A DNA stretch of 64,000 bases from Vicugna vicugna. Lineage: Eukaryota. The translations under genes and the position numbers were made by a program. The stretch lies in contig MU058337.1 in the NCBI GenBank assembly GCA_013265495.1, positions 6,740,716 to 6,804,715 of the forward strand. The letters are read 5' to 3'. The notes under the pieces were generated by a model that saw nothing but the letters and a program-made list of their open reading frames with translations, searched no databases and was not told the origin of the DNA. Positions 1 through 12,715 of this stretch are shown one piece after another. Each line of letters opens with the position of its first letter. Position 1 is the first letter of the stretch.

Positions 1-645
1 TTCTCCTTGAAGCACTTAAGTTTTTTCTTTATCTTGTCATTTCTTTTTCTTCTTTTTCTGTCGTGGTTGCTGTGGTCATCTTCATCGTCTTCTTTTTTTT
101 AAAAAAAAAAAAAAAACAACCATAACTTTCAGTTCCTAACAAAGACCTTAGCTTGTTTCTCATAATTTTTCAGTTAACACAAATCAGATCACTGTGGTAA
201 GTTCATATTTCACTACATAAATGTGTGACTGATTTCATTTCCTGGCAGTGATATGCTTTTGGCAAAAAAAAAAAAAGTCCAACTAATATTCAATTTTGAA
301 GCAGTTTCATGCCTGTCTGAAATGTGGGGTGCTTTACATGATTTTATTCTTAACCAGACAATGATTCAGAAAAAGGAAGGGGAAATTTCTGCCTAAAAAA
401 GTTAGTGCATTCCCTCTTATCACAAAAATACATTTGCCCTATTTAAATGGTTCTATTTCCTTTGCCAGAGCTTTGCCAAAATCACCAAATTATGAGAGTA
501 AAGCTGTTTAACTATAGAGTATGTAACCATATTTTATATATCATAGATTTTTAAAAAGCATATAAATACTGATAAGTTAAAAGTTAGAGCTATATAGAAG
601 GCAGTTTATTTTGTTTTTAGTTAAATATGTTTTTAATTAGATGTA

Positions 646-665
646 CCCTTCTTGGTTTTTTCCAG
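646..665 (+). promoter_or_regulatory. GPR183: 3' splice acceptor of the GPR183 coding exon
   Basis: Pyrimidine tract cccttcttggttttttccag ending in AG at 664-665, 30 nt before the ATG. GPR183 is known to have a non-coding first exon, which would lie left of this window. Confidence 0.85.
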
Positions 666-695
666 AGACCCTGGACACTGCTGACGGATATAAAC

Positions 696-1766
696 ATGGA
701 CAATTTCACGACACATTCTCCAGCTCCTCAGGAAAGCGAGTGCGATCTCTATGCACACCACGACACAGCCAGGATACTCATGCCTCTGCATTACAGCATC
801 GTCTTCATGATTGGGCTCGTGGGAAACTTGTTAGCCTTGACTGTCATTATTCAAAACAGGAAAAAAATCAACTCCACCACTCTATATTCAACCAACTTGG
901 TGATTTCAGACATACTTTTTACCACTGCTCTGCCTACACGGATAGCCTACTACGCGCTGGGCTTTGACTGGAGAATCGGCGAGGCCTTGTGTAGGATAAC
1001 TGCTGTCGTGTTTTACATCAACACCTATGCGGGCGTGAACTTCATGACCTGCCTAAGTATTGACCGGTTCTTTGCAGTGGTGCACCCGCTGCGGTACAAC
1101 AAGATGAAAAGAATCGAACACGCAAAATGCATTTGCATATTTGTCTGGATTCTAGTATTTGCTCAAACACTCCCGCTACTCATAAAACCCATGTCTAAGC
1201 AGGAGAATGAAAGGATTACATGCATGGAATATCCAAACTTTGAAGAAACAGAATCCCTTCCCTGGATTCTGCTTGGTGCATGTTTCATAGGATATGTACT
1301 TCCGCTCGTAATCATTCTTATCTGCTACTCTCAAATCTGCTGCAAACTCTTTAAAACTGCCAAACAAAACCCACTAACTGAGAAATCCGGTGTAAACAAA
1401 AAGGCTCTCAACACCATTATTTTTATAATTGTTGTGTTTGTTGTCTGTTTCACACCTTACCATGTTGCAATTATTCAACACATGATTAAGAAGCTTCGTT
1501 TTCCTGATCTCCTGGAATGTAGCCAAAGACATTCATTCCAGATATCTCTGCACTTTACAGTGTGCCTGATGAACTTCAATTGCTGCATGGACCCTTTTAT
1601 ATATTTCTTTGCATGCAAAGGGTACAAGAGAAAGGTTATGAAGATGCTGAAACGTCAAGTCAGTGTATCAATTTCCAGTGCCGTGAAGTCGGCCCCTGAA
1701 GAAAACTCACGTGAAATGACAGAAACTCAAACGATGATACATTCCAAGTCTTTAAATGAAAAATAA
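696..1766 (+). CDS. GPR183: G protein-coupled receptor 183 (EBI2, oxysterol receptor), 356 aa, CDS in one exon
   Basis: Seven hydrophobic segments with class A motifs (GN in TM1, DRF, CFTP, DPFIY). CDLYAHH, NRKKINSTTLYSTNL and SAPEENSREMTETQ match the EBI2 protein as I recall it. The ORF-track start at 627 lies upstream of a splice acceptor (AG at 664-665), so the first exonic ATG is 696. Confidence 0.97.
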   Translation: MDNFTTHSPAPQESECDLYAHHDTARILMPLHYSIVFMIGLVGNLLALTVIIQNRKKINSTTLYSTNLVISDILFTTALPTRIAYYALGFDWRIGEALCRITAVVFYINTYAGVNFMTCLSIDRFFAVVHPLRYNKMKRIEHAKCICIFVWILVFAQTLPLLIKPMSKQENERITCMEYPNFEETESLPWILLGACFIGYVLPLVIILICYSQICCKLFKTAKQNPLTEKSGVNKKALNTIIFIIVVFVVCFTPYHVAIIQHMIKKLRFPDLLECSQRHSFQISLHFTVCLMNFNCCMDPFIYFFACKGYKRKVMKMLKRQVSVSISSAVKSAPEENSREMTETQTMIHSKSLNEK

Positions 1767-2279
1767 AAAGGAATTAAACCTTGGATTTATAGCAAAGGAA
1801 ACTGTATGATAAATTTTGCAGAACTTTTCTTATAAAGCAAAATGACTGTTCAACTTCCAACTGGGATTATTCTAAATTCCTTTCATTGGGCACTATTTCT
1901 CACCTCCAACTTGGAAGCAAACTGATAAATATGTATTTTTTATACTTGAGAACAACATCAAGCAAAGTTCTACTTTGTAAATAAAATACTATACCAAAAG
2001 GGATGGTATTTTAATAACAGTGTGAAAAGAAAAGTTTTATGTTAATGAAAAATTTAGTCATTCATATTTCCTGCCAATAATTTGGCAAAAGAAAAGAAGA
2101 CTATTAAAACTTGTATATTGCCAATGTAGAAATGTCAATATTGTAAAATATTTTTCTCTCCTTTTTTTGCATGTTTCTTCAATTCCGGTTTCTTTCAATC
2201 TTAGACTTTATCTCCTCAATAACAGCAGTTTTTTATTTTGTTCTGAGTCATACAATTTTGTTTCAATGAATTCTTTTGG

Positions 2280-2285
2280 AATAAA
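2280..2285 (+). terminator. GPR183: Candidate GPR183 polyadenylation signal AATAAA
   Basis: AATAAA at the end of an AT-rich stretch about 500 nt after the stop codon. Another AATAAA lies near 1980. Confidence 0.5.
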
Positions 2286-5200
2286 GAGCAAGATGCTACA
2301 AAATTATGAGTATGTCCTTCAATGGTCACTGTCAACTCTCAGCAGAAGTTAGAGGGAGGATACAATTGGCAGCAGACAGATTAGGATAGGAACATTATAG
2401 GGACGATGGTGATGAAGGCAATGAAAGCACTGAGCTCTCTCCAGACAGCCCACATAGCACCTAAGGGCCACTGCTCAGGAATATGACAAAGGCTTTATGT
2501 GGAAGGAGGGTCCACGTGCTAAATTCTTCCTGAGAATAAAAAAAAAAAATAAAAATAGGCTTGGTTCTTCTTGGGTCCCTAAGGGATCATTTCTCTTTTA
2601 TTCAGAGGTTGGCAGTATCTATTATTTCAATGGTTTGGGTTATCAGAAAGGGTAAGAAGGATGAGCAGCAGGGCTGTAGCTGTTGCTTGCCTAAACAAGA
2701 CAGGGAGTAAAATGCAAAATCATAAACTCCAGGGTCCCCAGGATTCTTTACAACATTATACATTTGCTCAAATAAATGCTTTAGTATGTATGAGAAGCAT
2801 GAGCCCTGCAAGTATAGTCATCCACCTGCCAGCTCAAAATCTGTTCTATTCAATCCCCAAATTACCCTAGTACAGTATCTATGTCACCAATGATACCAAT
2901 TTTGGTAACTGAACATAAAGAAATGAAATGCTGTATCATGAGTCATACTTAAAATTTTCATTAGGCTTTATATGGCGGAAATAGTTTCTTTTAAATTCTT
3001 ACCTTGCTCATTTTAAACTTTTATCCTGTAAGAAAATTCATCTTAATGGTTGATTTGATACCACTTACTGAGTACTTTCAGATTTGTACTTTGTAAATTT
3101 CACAAATAGCGACCTGACCTTAAAGCCAGTGACAAAAATAGGCACTGGTCTTTGTAACACCTTACGGAGACGGGTAAGACCACATGGATGGAAACAGTGT
3201 CTTTCCTCTACTCGATCTATAAACCTTCCCAAGTGAATGTGAAGAAGGGCAAACCACCAAATTTTATGCAGGGTGGCACTTAAGTAGTCCTTTGAGTTGG
3301 ATCCCAAAAGAGAAACCATTCTGAAAGTTACTGAAGGAAAACCAGAAACAAAAATTCCTGTATGTCAGAGTATCTTTAAGGCACACGTGTTCTTTGATTA
3401 CGTTCAAGAACAGACCATCGTGTGTATGAGCCAACATACTGTTTCACAGCAGAGAGCTCTATCTGCGCTAACGCAGTCAGTTCTTAGTGTCCTTCAAATG
3501 AGAAAGTAAATATATGTCATTTGACAAAGAAATAACGTATGCTTTTTCCTGATTAGTTTTCTGCCTCTTTCCACTATATCAAAAATCTATATAAATGAGT
3601 TTATCTGAACAACAGTAGTCATACTGCCAAAAAGTTAAACTTTAAACCTATCTCCAACTAATCTCAAAAAAAGAATCTGTACTCTAGTCAAACTCAGCTA
3701 CTTGCTCTCCTTCAAAAGGTGCTTCCTGCCTATTTCATTCACGAAGCCATTGTTCACACATGGCCTTGGCACACCCTCCCACTGACTTGTGTTATTTGTT
3801 GGTTTTAGGTTTAGTTCTTGTACATTTCCCTCAGGAACAGTCAAACTTGGAGAGCAGGGACAACGCTGTATAGTTTTTGTATTTGGTTATAGAAAAAAGG
3901 AGGTGGCCTTATATATAACCCATTACTTGAAAATCACAACCTGTGAGTATTTTCTACACCAATCAGGTGATAGATTAATAATAATTTTAAATAACAGGAA
4001 GCTAGAAAAACTTGCCTGGAAAGCTGATAGTTATATGGCAACTAACCCTATCTACCTTTTCCATAATTTTACTTTTATTTCTAAAAGGATCATTTGGTTA
4101 ATTAAAAAAAAACTCTCAAAGCTATTTAGTTTAAGTCAGTATAAACACATAGACTCTTCAGTGATAGTACAGAATAGTAAAGGTTAGATTTTACAAATGA
4201 CATCAGTTACATAAGAAGGCAGTAATTCACAAAAATAGTCCATACATTATACAACGTCTTCCTTGTCACAATCCTGTGAAACAGGATGAGCAGACTGTGC
4301 CACCCACCCTTTATAAAGGAACTTACATTCAGAAAAGGCACTTGGTAAATTAGAGGCAGCCTCAGGAATGTAATCCTAACTTCATATCCTAGCCAGAAAA
4401 AAAGAACTAAATCACACAGCCCCTGAAAAAAGTATTAGAAGGCTTGTTTCATTACAGGCCAGCAGATTAGCCAACCCTTAAACAGGACAAATAACCAACA
4501 GTAGGTAGATTATAAACTCAGCTAGGCTATGAGTTCCATGAAGATGAGGATGTTGCAGGTTATACACAGCACCAAGTATAAAGCCTGGCACACAGAAGGT
4601 TCTCAAGCACCCATCAAATTGAATAGCACCTGTTTTGTACAATTACTAACAAAATACTGACGCCCTATTGAAATATCTGTGAAGTTCTTCTCAATGAAAT
4701 GAAACACCCTAAATGTTTAATTACATATATGCTAGAGAATATGTAATTGTATAACTGAAGACAGGGGTCCTCAAAGACCCTGCGATTTAAACTAGACATA
4801 TTAAAGAATGGAACAAATTATCCAAGAAGCCAACTTAAACCTAGATTCAGAAACATGTTCTGCTTGAAAATAATTTTGTATTTCAAGAGGCCAGGGCAGT
4901 GACTCTCACCAATCAGTAAAAAGTACTATGCAATTTTAAAAGAGGAAGCATTGGTCTTAAATTAGCTTTGAAAATGGTTCATTTTGGTCACTCTTGGCCC
5001 ACTGTAATCTGTTATTCTTTGCAAAGCTAAAAGTATTTGCTCGCTGACTATTCAGTTAAGAATGAAAAGATACAAAGTTGATCTGGTGACTACATGGCCC
5101 ATTCCTTTGAGTCCAGGGAGGACTAACTGCACTCCTGAGAACGGATGTCACTGGACGTCTGTTTTACATTAAACTCTGAAGAACTGATCGTTCAAAAGAC

Positions 5201-5869
5201 AATCCTCAAATTTCTATTCAACTAAAAGCTCAGTTTGTGAAGAAGAAACAATTACTGGCCGTTTACTACGCGCAGCTTTCTTGAGCACTTGACAGGCATT
5301 ATCTCATTTAACTCTCACTCCCTTGAGAGGTGGGTATAACTATTGCCTGCATTTTGCCGATGAGGAAGCTGGGGTGCCAGGCCACATATGGAGAGGTGGA
5401 GTCGGGAATTCAACTCAAACCCTCTGACCCCGTGCCTGCAGCCTGACCTGGAGCACAAGGATGTCACCACCTACGGAAACATGTCCATTAAGAGATGGCT
5501 CCCTTCCTCCACTGCCTGTGCCCTCCTGGGCCTCGGACACCTTCCAACACCACATCAGAACTTCAGTTCACCTGCATTTCTGCAGGGGCTCCTAATTTCT
5601 CTGCAAACTCAAGCTCTATTCTCTCAGCCACCCACACCTGACCATCCCTCTCCTAGCCATGTTATCTGGCCAGTGAGCCCTGCTTGGGTTCCTCCTCTGC
5701 CACCCACTCTTGCCTGTTTTTTCTTTTTGCCCAATATAGCATCCTTGTCCAGACGCTGGCGTCACACACACCTAAATTAACTCAACTTCCTTCCCACTGG
5801 TCCCCTCACCTGGACAGAAGCTTCAGCCTTCCTTCTGATGCTACACTGGAAGCCAGCAGATTAATACTA

Positions 5870-6118
5870 ACAATGATAAATAACTGCTAACAAGGACATG
5901 GCACAGTGCTCTCAGGACTGTACGTATGAATATGCTCACTTAAGCCTCACAATGATTCTGTGAGGCTTGTCCCATTACTGTCCCTGTTTTACCGATAAGG
6001 AAACTAAGCCCCAGAGAAGCTGAGTAACTTGCCCAAAGTCACACCGCTCGTGAGTGCGGAGACAGGCTCTAGATTCTGGCAGTCCAGCTGCAAGGTCTGT
6101 CACTCTGAATCACTGTAT
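5870..6118 (-). mobile_element. MIR SINE
   Basis: Contains ggaaactaagccccagagaagctgagtaacttgcccaaagtcacac, the reverse complement of the MIR core. Confidence 0.8.
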
Positions 6119-6134
6119 TATGACTCAGAAATAA

Positions 6135-6527
6135 GTAGAATTATATGCCCCAGGTCCTAGAGAGCCTCACGAGAGACACCGCTCACTGAATATCCTCAAT
6201 CTTCCCTTGGGGGCACCCATGACTACTTCTGGCCAATGGCTTGGGGGCAAAAGTGATACATGTCACTTCTAGGCTGAAGCCTTAGAGCACAGTGAGGGGT
6301 ACTCCATCCTGCTCTTCTCGCCTGCCACAGTGACCAGTGCGGTTCTGGACGGCAGGGCCTCTGTCAGCCTGGGTCCTCGAATGAGTAAAGGGAGAACTCC
6401 CCACCCCATCCCCCGTCCACCTGTGTTGGCCAAGGAGCGCAAACAAGAAATGCATTTGTGTATTCAGCCACTGAGATTTCAGGGTTAATTTGTGGCTACA
6501 ACATTGGCTAGTCTTCTGATTAACACA
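6135..6527 (+). mobile_element. MaLR LTR (MLT1H/J-like)
   Basis: Contains catgactacttctggccaatgg, tgtcacttctaggctgaagc and agccactgagatttcagggtt, and ends in taacaca, typical of old MLT1 LTRs. Confidence 0.7.
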
Positions 6528-7302
6528 GTGTTTAGCCAACTTAGAATGAAACTGACCAATCCGCAGAGTGTAAAGAAGAGAAAATGCACAAACTACACAG
6601 CTCCGGCAAACACACACAGTCTTCCTTAATCCCACTTACATCGTGTCATTTCAAACTCCCGGACTGAGAAGAGTTCCCCATGGTCTACCACATCAAGTCC
6701 AAGTTCCTCTCCCACACTTTCAAGCCCTTGCAATCGAATTTCCCTCCATTGCCCAACATGTATCTTTCAAGACGTCTAGCTGGTTTTGTCTGTACCGTGA
6801 ATATGACAAATATTTGGTTCCCACTGGTTGATTATTCTGCTTCTGCCATTTATTTACCCACATTCCACTGATACTTCCTCCTCTAATTCTCCCTTGACTA
6901 CTCAAAGCCGCCCATCTTCCCTCTTCAACTTACTTGGCTTCATATAGTCTATGCCACATAGCTTTAACTTTAGACACACATTATCTTGCAACAAAGGAAG
7001 AGGGAAAACACACTGGCCTGGTTCGGGTTTGACTGTATATCAGCTACATCACCTCTGTCCAGGCTTTTAGCTTTTCAAGATTTCAGTTATCTTATCAATG
7101 AAATAACAGCGCTAGATAATACATATGCTCTCTGCCAACCACCACACGCCTAGGGTCTGCTACTTCATGTGCATTACTCTTATAGCCCTGAACCAAAACA
7201 TAAGCTCTATCAGGACAGAGACCTTGACTTTCATTTCCTTCTATTCTGGGTAGCTCTGAGCACGGCACCCCGCACATAGGTAACGCTCAAAATACGTATG
7301 TC

Positions 7303-7456
7303 GGGGAAGGGTATAGCTCAAGCGCTAGAGCGTATGCTTAGCTTGCACAAGGTCCTGGGTTCAATCCCCAGTACTGCCTCCAAATATAAAATGAATAAAC
7401 CTAATTACCTCCCCCCATTAAAAAAAACAAAAAAACCTGACCAAACAAAAAAAAAT
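7303..7456 (+). mobile_element. tRNA-Ala-derived SINE (camelid Vic-1-like)
   Basis: Head ggggaagggtatagctcaag...gcttagc...gggttcaatcccc carries A and B boxes and resembles tRNA-Ala(AGC). It is followed by aataaacctaattacctcc and an A-rich tail. Confidence 0.88.
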
Positions 7457-10400
7457 TATGTTGACTGCAGGTTCATCAAATATTAGTTGAGGACACTATA
7501 TGATTGCTACTATTCAAGTATGAAGGAGGAGAGGTTCCATTATTGTGTGTTATAGTTTGTTACGCAGTAATAGATAACTAATACATGCTTGGTATTGAAA
7601 TCTTAACCAAAGAAAATATATTAAATTGGAAATGGAATGACATTTAAGTTAAGATTTCTTTTCCAGAAAGAAAGTTTTCTGTTGAGAGTGTGTAAGAGGA
7701 GTGCCACACTAGCCCTCCCTCTTCTCCAGACACAAAGAAGCAACAGGTGACTATGTCCATTTATTTACTTTTTCCCTGACAATGCATATCCAGGCTGTTC
7801 AGCCTGGAGAACTCCCTGCAGCACTGCAGTTGTCAGAGGGAAGAACTGTCTGAGAGGTAAAGACCTCCCCTCTCTCTGCCTGCGCACTTACTGTGCTGCT
7901 TCGCGTTGTTAACAGCGCTCTTCAGACGTCACGTCTTCTCCAGTGAACCGCGAGCCACCCCTGGGCAGGAACCACATCACCTGCTCACGTGGTACCTACC
8001 ACAATGGATCCAAACCAAGCTCTCAAATAATTTTTTATTGGCTTTGAACAGTTTTCTCGGAATGTGAGAACATTTATTTTTGGTTTCCATATCTTGTAAG
8101 AATAACTTTTCCCATGCAGGTTTTGAGAAGAAAAAAGTGTGTCAGAATGAAACTACACAGAGGCTGCAAAAGGTTGTAATTCTATTCTAAAAAAAGTAAC
8201 ATCTTGATGTGTTCTTGTTGCTTGAGTTCCACAATTTTCCCTGTAAGTCCTGTAGTGAATCATCTGCTTTTTTTTTGTAATACCTAGTGAAAATATATGA
8301 GGTTACTGCCTGAATTAGGGTTTTAAAAAAATCAGTGCAAACTATATTATTGATCTATCATATATTGTAATTCAAAGCAGTCCCTGTTTTGAAATGCAAC
8401 AATCTAGTAAGGGTTCTACCTGAGATGGGGCCTCCCACCTTCCTGGGAGGAGGGAAAGACCTCAGGAGGAGAGAAAGACCCTAGAAGAGACTGGTCAACT
8501 GAAGGCAGGGGAGAGCTAAGGGGAAAACAAGTGTTTCACTATGGACCAAATTGTCAAATTAGTTGAAGTTTGTCTGACAAAATGCTGATAAGGTGATGGG
8601 TGCATGGTAGTTGTTATACTATTCTCTCTGCATTCATGTATATTTTTAATTTTCTGTAATGAATTTTAAAAATTGGTAAGGGTGGTCTCCAACACATTTC
8701 CCATACTGCTGGTCCATCGAGGTAGAAGCAGAAATTCACAAGGGATTGACAGAGAGAGGTAGGAGGAGGTCACACGGCCGCCAGTCTCCATTTCTCATCA
8801 GTTGGTTGCACAACCCAAGTCACATGGGAAGACAGGAATGGGACCCACGCAACCACATTCATTCCTAAGAATACATGGGAAAGTCATCTCAACAGATCTA
8901 CAGGAAGTCCTAAGAGATGGCTTTTGGTGACAAAGTCATCAGCAAAGAACAGGTTATACCAGAAATCTGCAAGAAAAGATCATCAGGGTTTCATAAACAC
9001 GCATGCACAGGCGAAACACCCCACGAGTAACTTGATCTCCTAACACAAAGAGCAGATTCCTTTCCTTTAAATCACATCCCAGCTCCAATCTAAATGTTTC
9101 AGATTTAGGGATGTTGCTTTGCACACATACATGTGAAGTCAAAGATAAAAGTTATATTCTTTTGATTACCAGTTCTGTCAGCCAAGGTTCACTTACAAAT
9201 AATAGAAACCTCTCAAGTTGTTTTGGGCACAAAGTGATTTAATATACAGAACTAGATGCTTATAAAATGTTTGAAAGGCCCAGATGGGCAGATCCAAGCT
9301 GTGCCTCCAGGAGCAGACTCCTGGAACAACATATTAGGCTGGTCGCCTGTGAAGATGCTGGAAAATCAGGACGTCATGACATCATTTCAGCAAAGTCTAG
9401 CGGTCAGGAAGTTGTCTGAACTGTAATCTCCAGAGCCTGCTGGGTGTGTAGAAATAGACCAGCAAGATGGGCATCTCACATGAACTCAAGTGTCATAGAA
9501 GTTCTGACTGGCAGAACTGAAATCAAACCCAGAGGTCTGGATGCAAGGGAGTTTAAGAAATACAGCATTCAGTGTTCCGACTTCTGCTTTATGTGAAGAT
9601 ATACCAGGAGGACCCTTGGACAAATAATGAGCAATCCAGGCATATTCACTGTATGGTAAAAAATATTAGGGTACTCTACCAAAAGGGAAGAAAAGTACCT
9701 AATTAAAAACGAGGGAGAAACTTAAGAGATGTCATAATCAAACACAAAACCAAATGTAAAAGGGAAAAAAATGAATATAGGAGAAATAAGAATATAGTTT
9801 TGGGAGCATATAATATTAATAAATTATAAATAATTTTGTTAGGTTTAAGTAATGTTTATATAAGCAAATGCTGTTACAAAATATTATGATACCTACAAAT
9901 TGCGGCAGAATACCTAGTTTGCAGGGGAATAGAATAAGGAAGGGAAGCAAAAATGTTAATTATTAACTCTAGGTAATACAGTTCATTTTATTACTCTCTC
10001 TGCTTGTGTGATTTGAAATCTTTCATAATAAAAAGCTTTAGCAGGTTATGTACCAAGAGAAACAAGGGAAGTACAAATTATTTTCATCTAATGTTTCCTT
10101 CAAAAACTTTAATTTGACCACATTATTAGAATAAGTACCATCTTCTATGAAGTAACTAGCTTATATTCTTCAAAATGTTAAGATCACAAAAAACAAAGGA
10201 CTGTTCCAGAGTGAAGAGCAAAGGGACATAACAACTAAATGCAGGATGTAATTCTGAGTTGTCCCATGGACCAGATTTTTTTCTTTTTTTGCTACAAAAT
10301 TGGACAATTGCCAGCTTTATAGGAATACATACAGATATATTCAGGGGTAAAGGGATAGGACATCCACAATTTGCTCTCAAATGATTCAGAAAAAATATGA

Positions 10401-10923
10401 TATGCACATAGAGAGAAGATGCTAAAGCAAACATAAAAGAGGTTAACAATTAGGGCATCTAGGTTTAGGGTCTTATTCTTGTAATTTTTCTCTAAGTCTG
10501 AATTATTTCAAAAAAAATTTAAAAAATATAAAATAGTGGCAGCATTACGGAGCTCTGAAGAGAAATAGCAGTTTTGCCTGTCTACGAAATTAAATTAAAA
10601 CGAAAATTAACAGCTGAATGACTGGAGTATCACATGGTTAGTGCTTTCCCAGATACCATTCCGTAGGGGATTATTTTTGTACTTTTCATTTTAGCAACAA
10701 TCAGCCCTCTTGGCACCCTGGGCAGCGCATCAGTTTCATCTTAGCAGCGAAATTTGAATATAATCATAAACATTGTCTTTAGAGACTAATATTTACTTCT
10801 ATAAACATTTGCAACAATGTAGCAGAAAATCCATATAGGAAGCCTCAGTTTGATGAGTTTATACACTCAAATTACTGTCTTATAGAATGAACAGGTGAGC
10901 AATAAATAACTAGATTTTTTTTT

Positions 10924-10958
10924 ACATATTTGTATCGAGTTATAGTCATTTTACAATG
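10924..10958 (-). mobile_element. Extremely 5'-truncated L1 3' end with target-site duplication
   Basis: Reverse complement cattgtaaaatgactataactcgatacaaatatgt resembles an L1 terminus. It is flanked by tagatttttttt at 10911 and 10959. Confidence 0.6.
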
Positions 10959-10973
10959 TAGATTTTTTTTACG

Positions 10974-11032
10974 AGAAAGAGAGGAAGAAAGAGAGAAAGA
11001 AAGAGATAAAGAAAGAAAGAGAGAGAGAGAGA
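10974..11032. repeat. (GAAA)n/(GA)n purine simple repeat
   Basis: gagaaagagaggaagaaagagagaaagaaagagataaagaaagaaagagagagagagaga. Confidence 0.9.
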
Positions 11033-12496
11033 ATAGCATTAAGGTTGTGTTGCACAGAGGGAAATGTCTGTGCTAAGAGTTAGACAGGCCTGAATTTCCA
11101 TCTAGGCTCTGCCGCTTAAATAGCCATGACCCTGGTCACTCTATCACTTCTCAGAACCTCCGCTTTGTCACAAAGGACACAGTCATATCAACATCTGCTC
11201 TTGCAAGACTGCTATGGCTGGTCATTCAAATTAGGGACATATGTAAAACAGGTCTCTATGGTACAAAACAGTCAAAAATAGTCATTCAATATGTATTTGT
11301 CAAGATTACTAAAAGAGTAAGTTTTGCTGCCAAAAAAATCTCCCAATAGAATGTATATTAACACTTCATAACGCTACTGTATTTTTCTCCATGTTGATAC
11401 TGTTATTAATAAACATATCCTTTGTCTAGTCATTTATTTATACAAAAAATATTCATTCAAGTCCTATTATGAGCTAGGTACTGTTCTAGGCACCAGGATG
11501 AGACCTAAAAACAATACAGACCAAGTTGCCTCATGGACCTTACTTCCTATAAGCCAACATTAAACATTAAGTAAGCAAATAATATCAGTTTATGGGAGAG
11601 GGTAAATTTCAGTATCAATTACGGTTTTGTTGCTTCCAAGACTGCATCCTTTCCCTTCCAAATATTCTCTGAACTACCTTAATAATAAACCCCCTTTCTG
11701 ATAATAAGCCACAGTTGATTCTATTACTACAACTAACAGGCACACCTGTGTCTTGTAATTGAGAAAGCCTTTTTCCTTTGACCTCAGACAATAGAAGCAA
11801 ATTAGATAATTCAGAACTCAACACACATCATATACAAAAAAATCAACCCTAAGGTAGGTATGAGATTATTTTTGTGCATTGCGTATTTTGCTATGGTTAC
11901 CAAGACGTGGTTAGGCATTTTGAAATTTTTTTCTTAGAATAATACAATGATCTGAGTCTAAAATCTCTCATAAGGTGCAACTTTCCAATGATAAACAAGA
12001 ACAGGAAGTGAATCTTGAATAGAACCAGACTTCGAGTTCCTTCACCATTACCTGCTCTGCCGTCTTCCAGCCTGACTTAACAACATTAAACTTCTCACCA
12101 TCCTATCCTAATTAAAAGTTATTAACATTTTATTTGCTTGAACAAAACATATTTCCTATCAAACTGTAAATTTTGACATATACTCAAATATTTTAAGTCC
12201 TAAGAGGAAGACAGCTTAAATAAAGGAATTGAGTAGCAAAGCAACTTACAAAAGCAGAAATGAAAACAGATGTTAAACTTCTTTGAAACAAATTTTTACT
12301 AATAGCCTCAACCAAAGCTATTTCAGTCAACTACTAGAAATATTCTAACTAGTCAAAAGATCTCAGCAAAGCTTAATAGGTCATGAGCACTTCAAGGGTG
12401 TGGGCAACTCTTTTCAAGTCTTCATTTACCACCCAGTACCATGCATGTTATGAGATTTCAAAACATGGGTGGTAAGCTCTGCAAAAGCTTGGTGTA

Positions 12497-12715
12497 GGTC
12501 ACTGGCCCTCCATCGGGGGTCATTTTGCATCCCAAATATCATCCGGCACTATTTAGAGATGTTTTTAGTTGACTGGCGGGGGAGGGGAGGGGGACTGCTA
12601 CAAACATCTAGTGGGCAGAGGCCAGGGATGTTACTCAATATCCTACAATGCACGGGACACAGAGCAAAGACCCATGCAGCCAAAGGTGCCAACCGAGGTT
12701 GAGAAAATTCTGGTT
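12497..12715 (+). mobile_element. MER20 (hAT-Charlie) DNA transposon
   Basis: catctagtgggcagaggccagggatgttactcaatatcctacaatgcacgggaca and gaggttgagaaa match the MER20 consensus as I recall it. Confidence 0.8.

Noticed and set aside
627..695. 23-aa N-terminal extension of GPR183 in the ORF track
   Set aside because: ATG 627 is upstream of the splice acceptor at 664-665 and so is intronic.
7303..7381. Possible tRNA-Ala gene
   Set aside because: The acceptor and anticodon stems are imperfect, and it has a SINE body and A tail, with related copies elsewhere in the window.
12598..12618. CTCF-like motif inside MER20
   Set aside because: It reads aaacatctagtgg instead of gccatctagtgg, so the key GGC bases of the core are lost.
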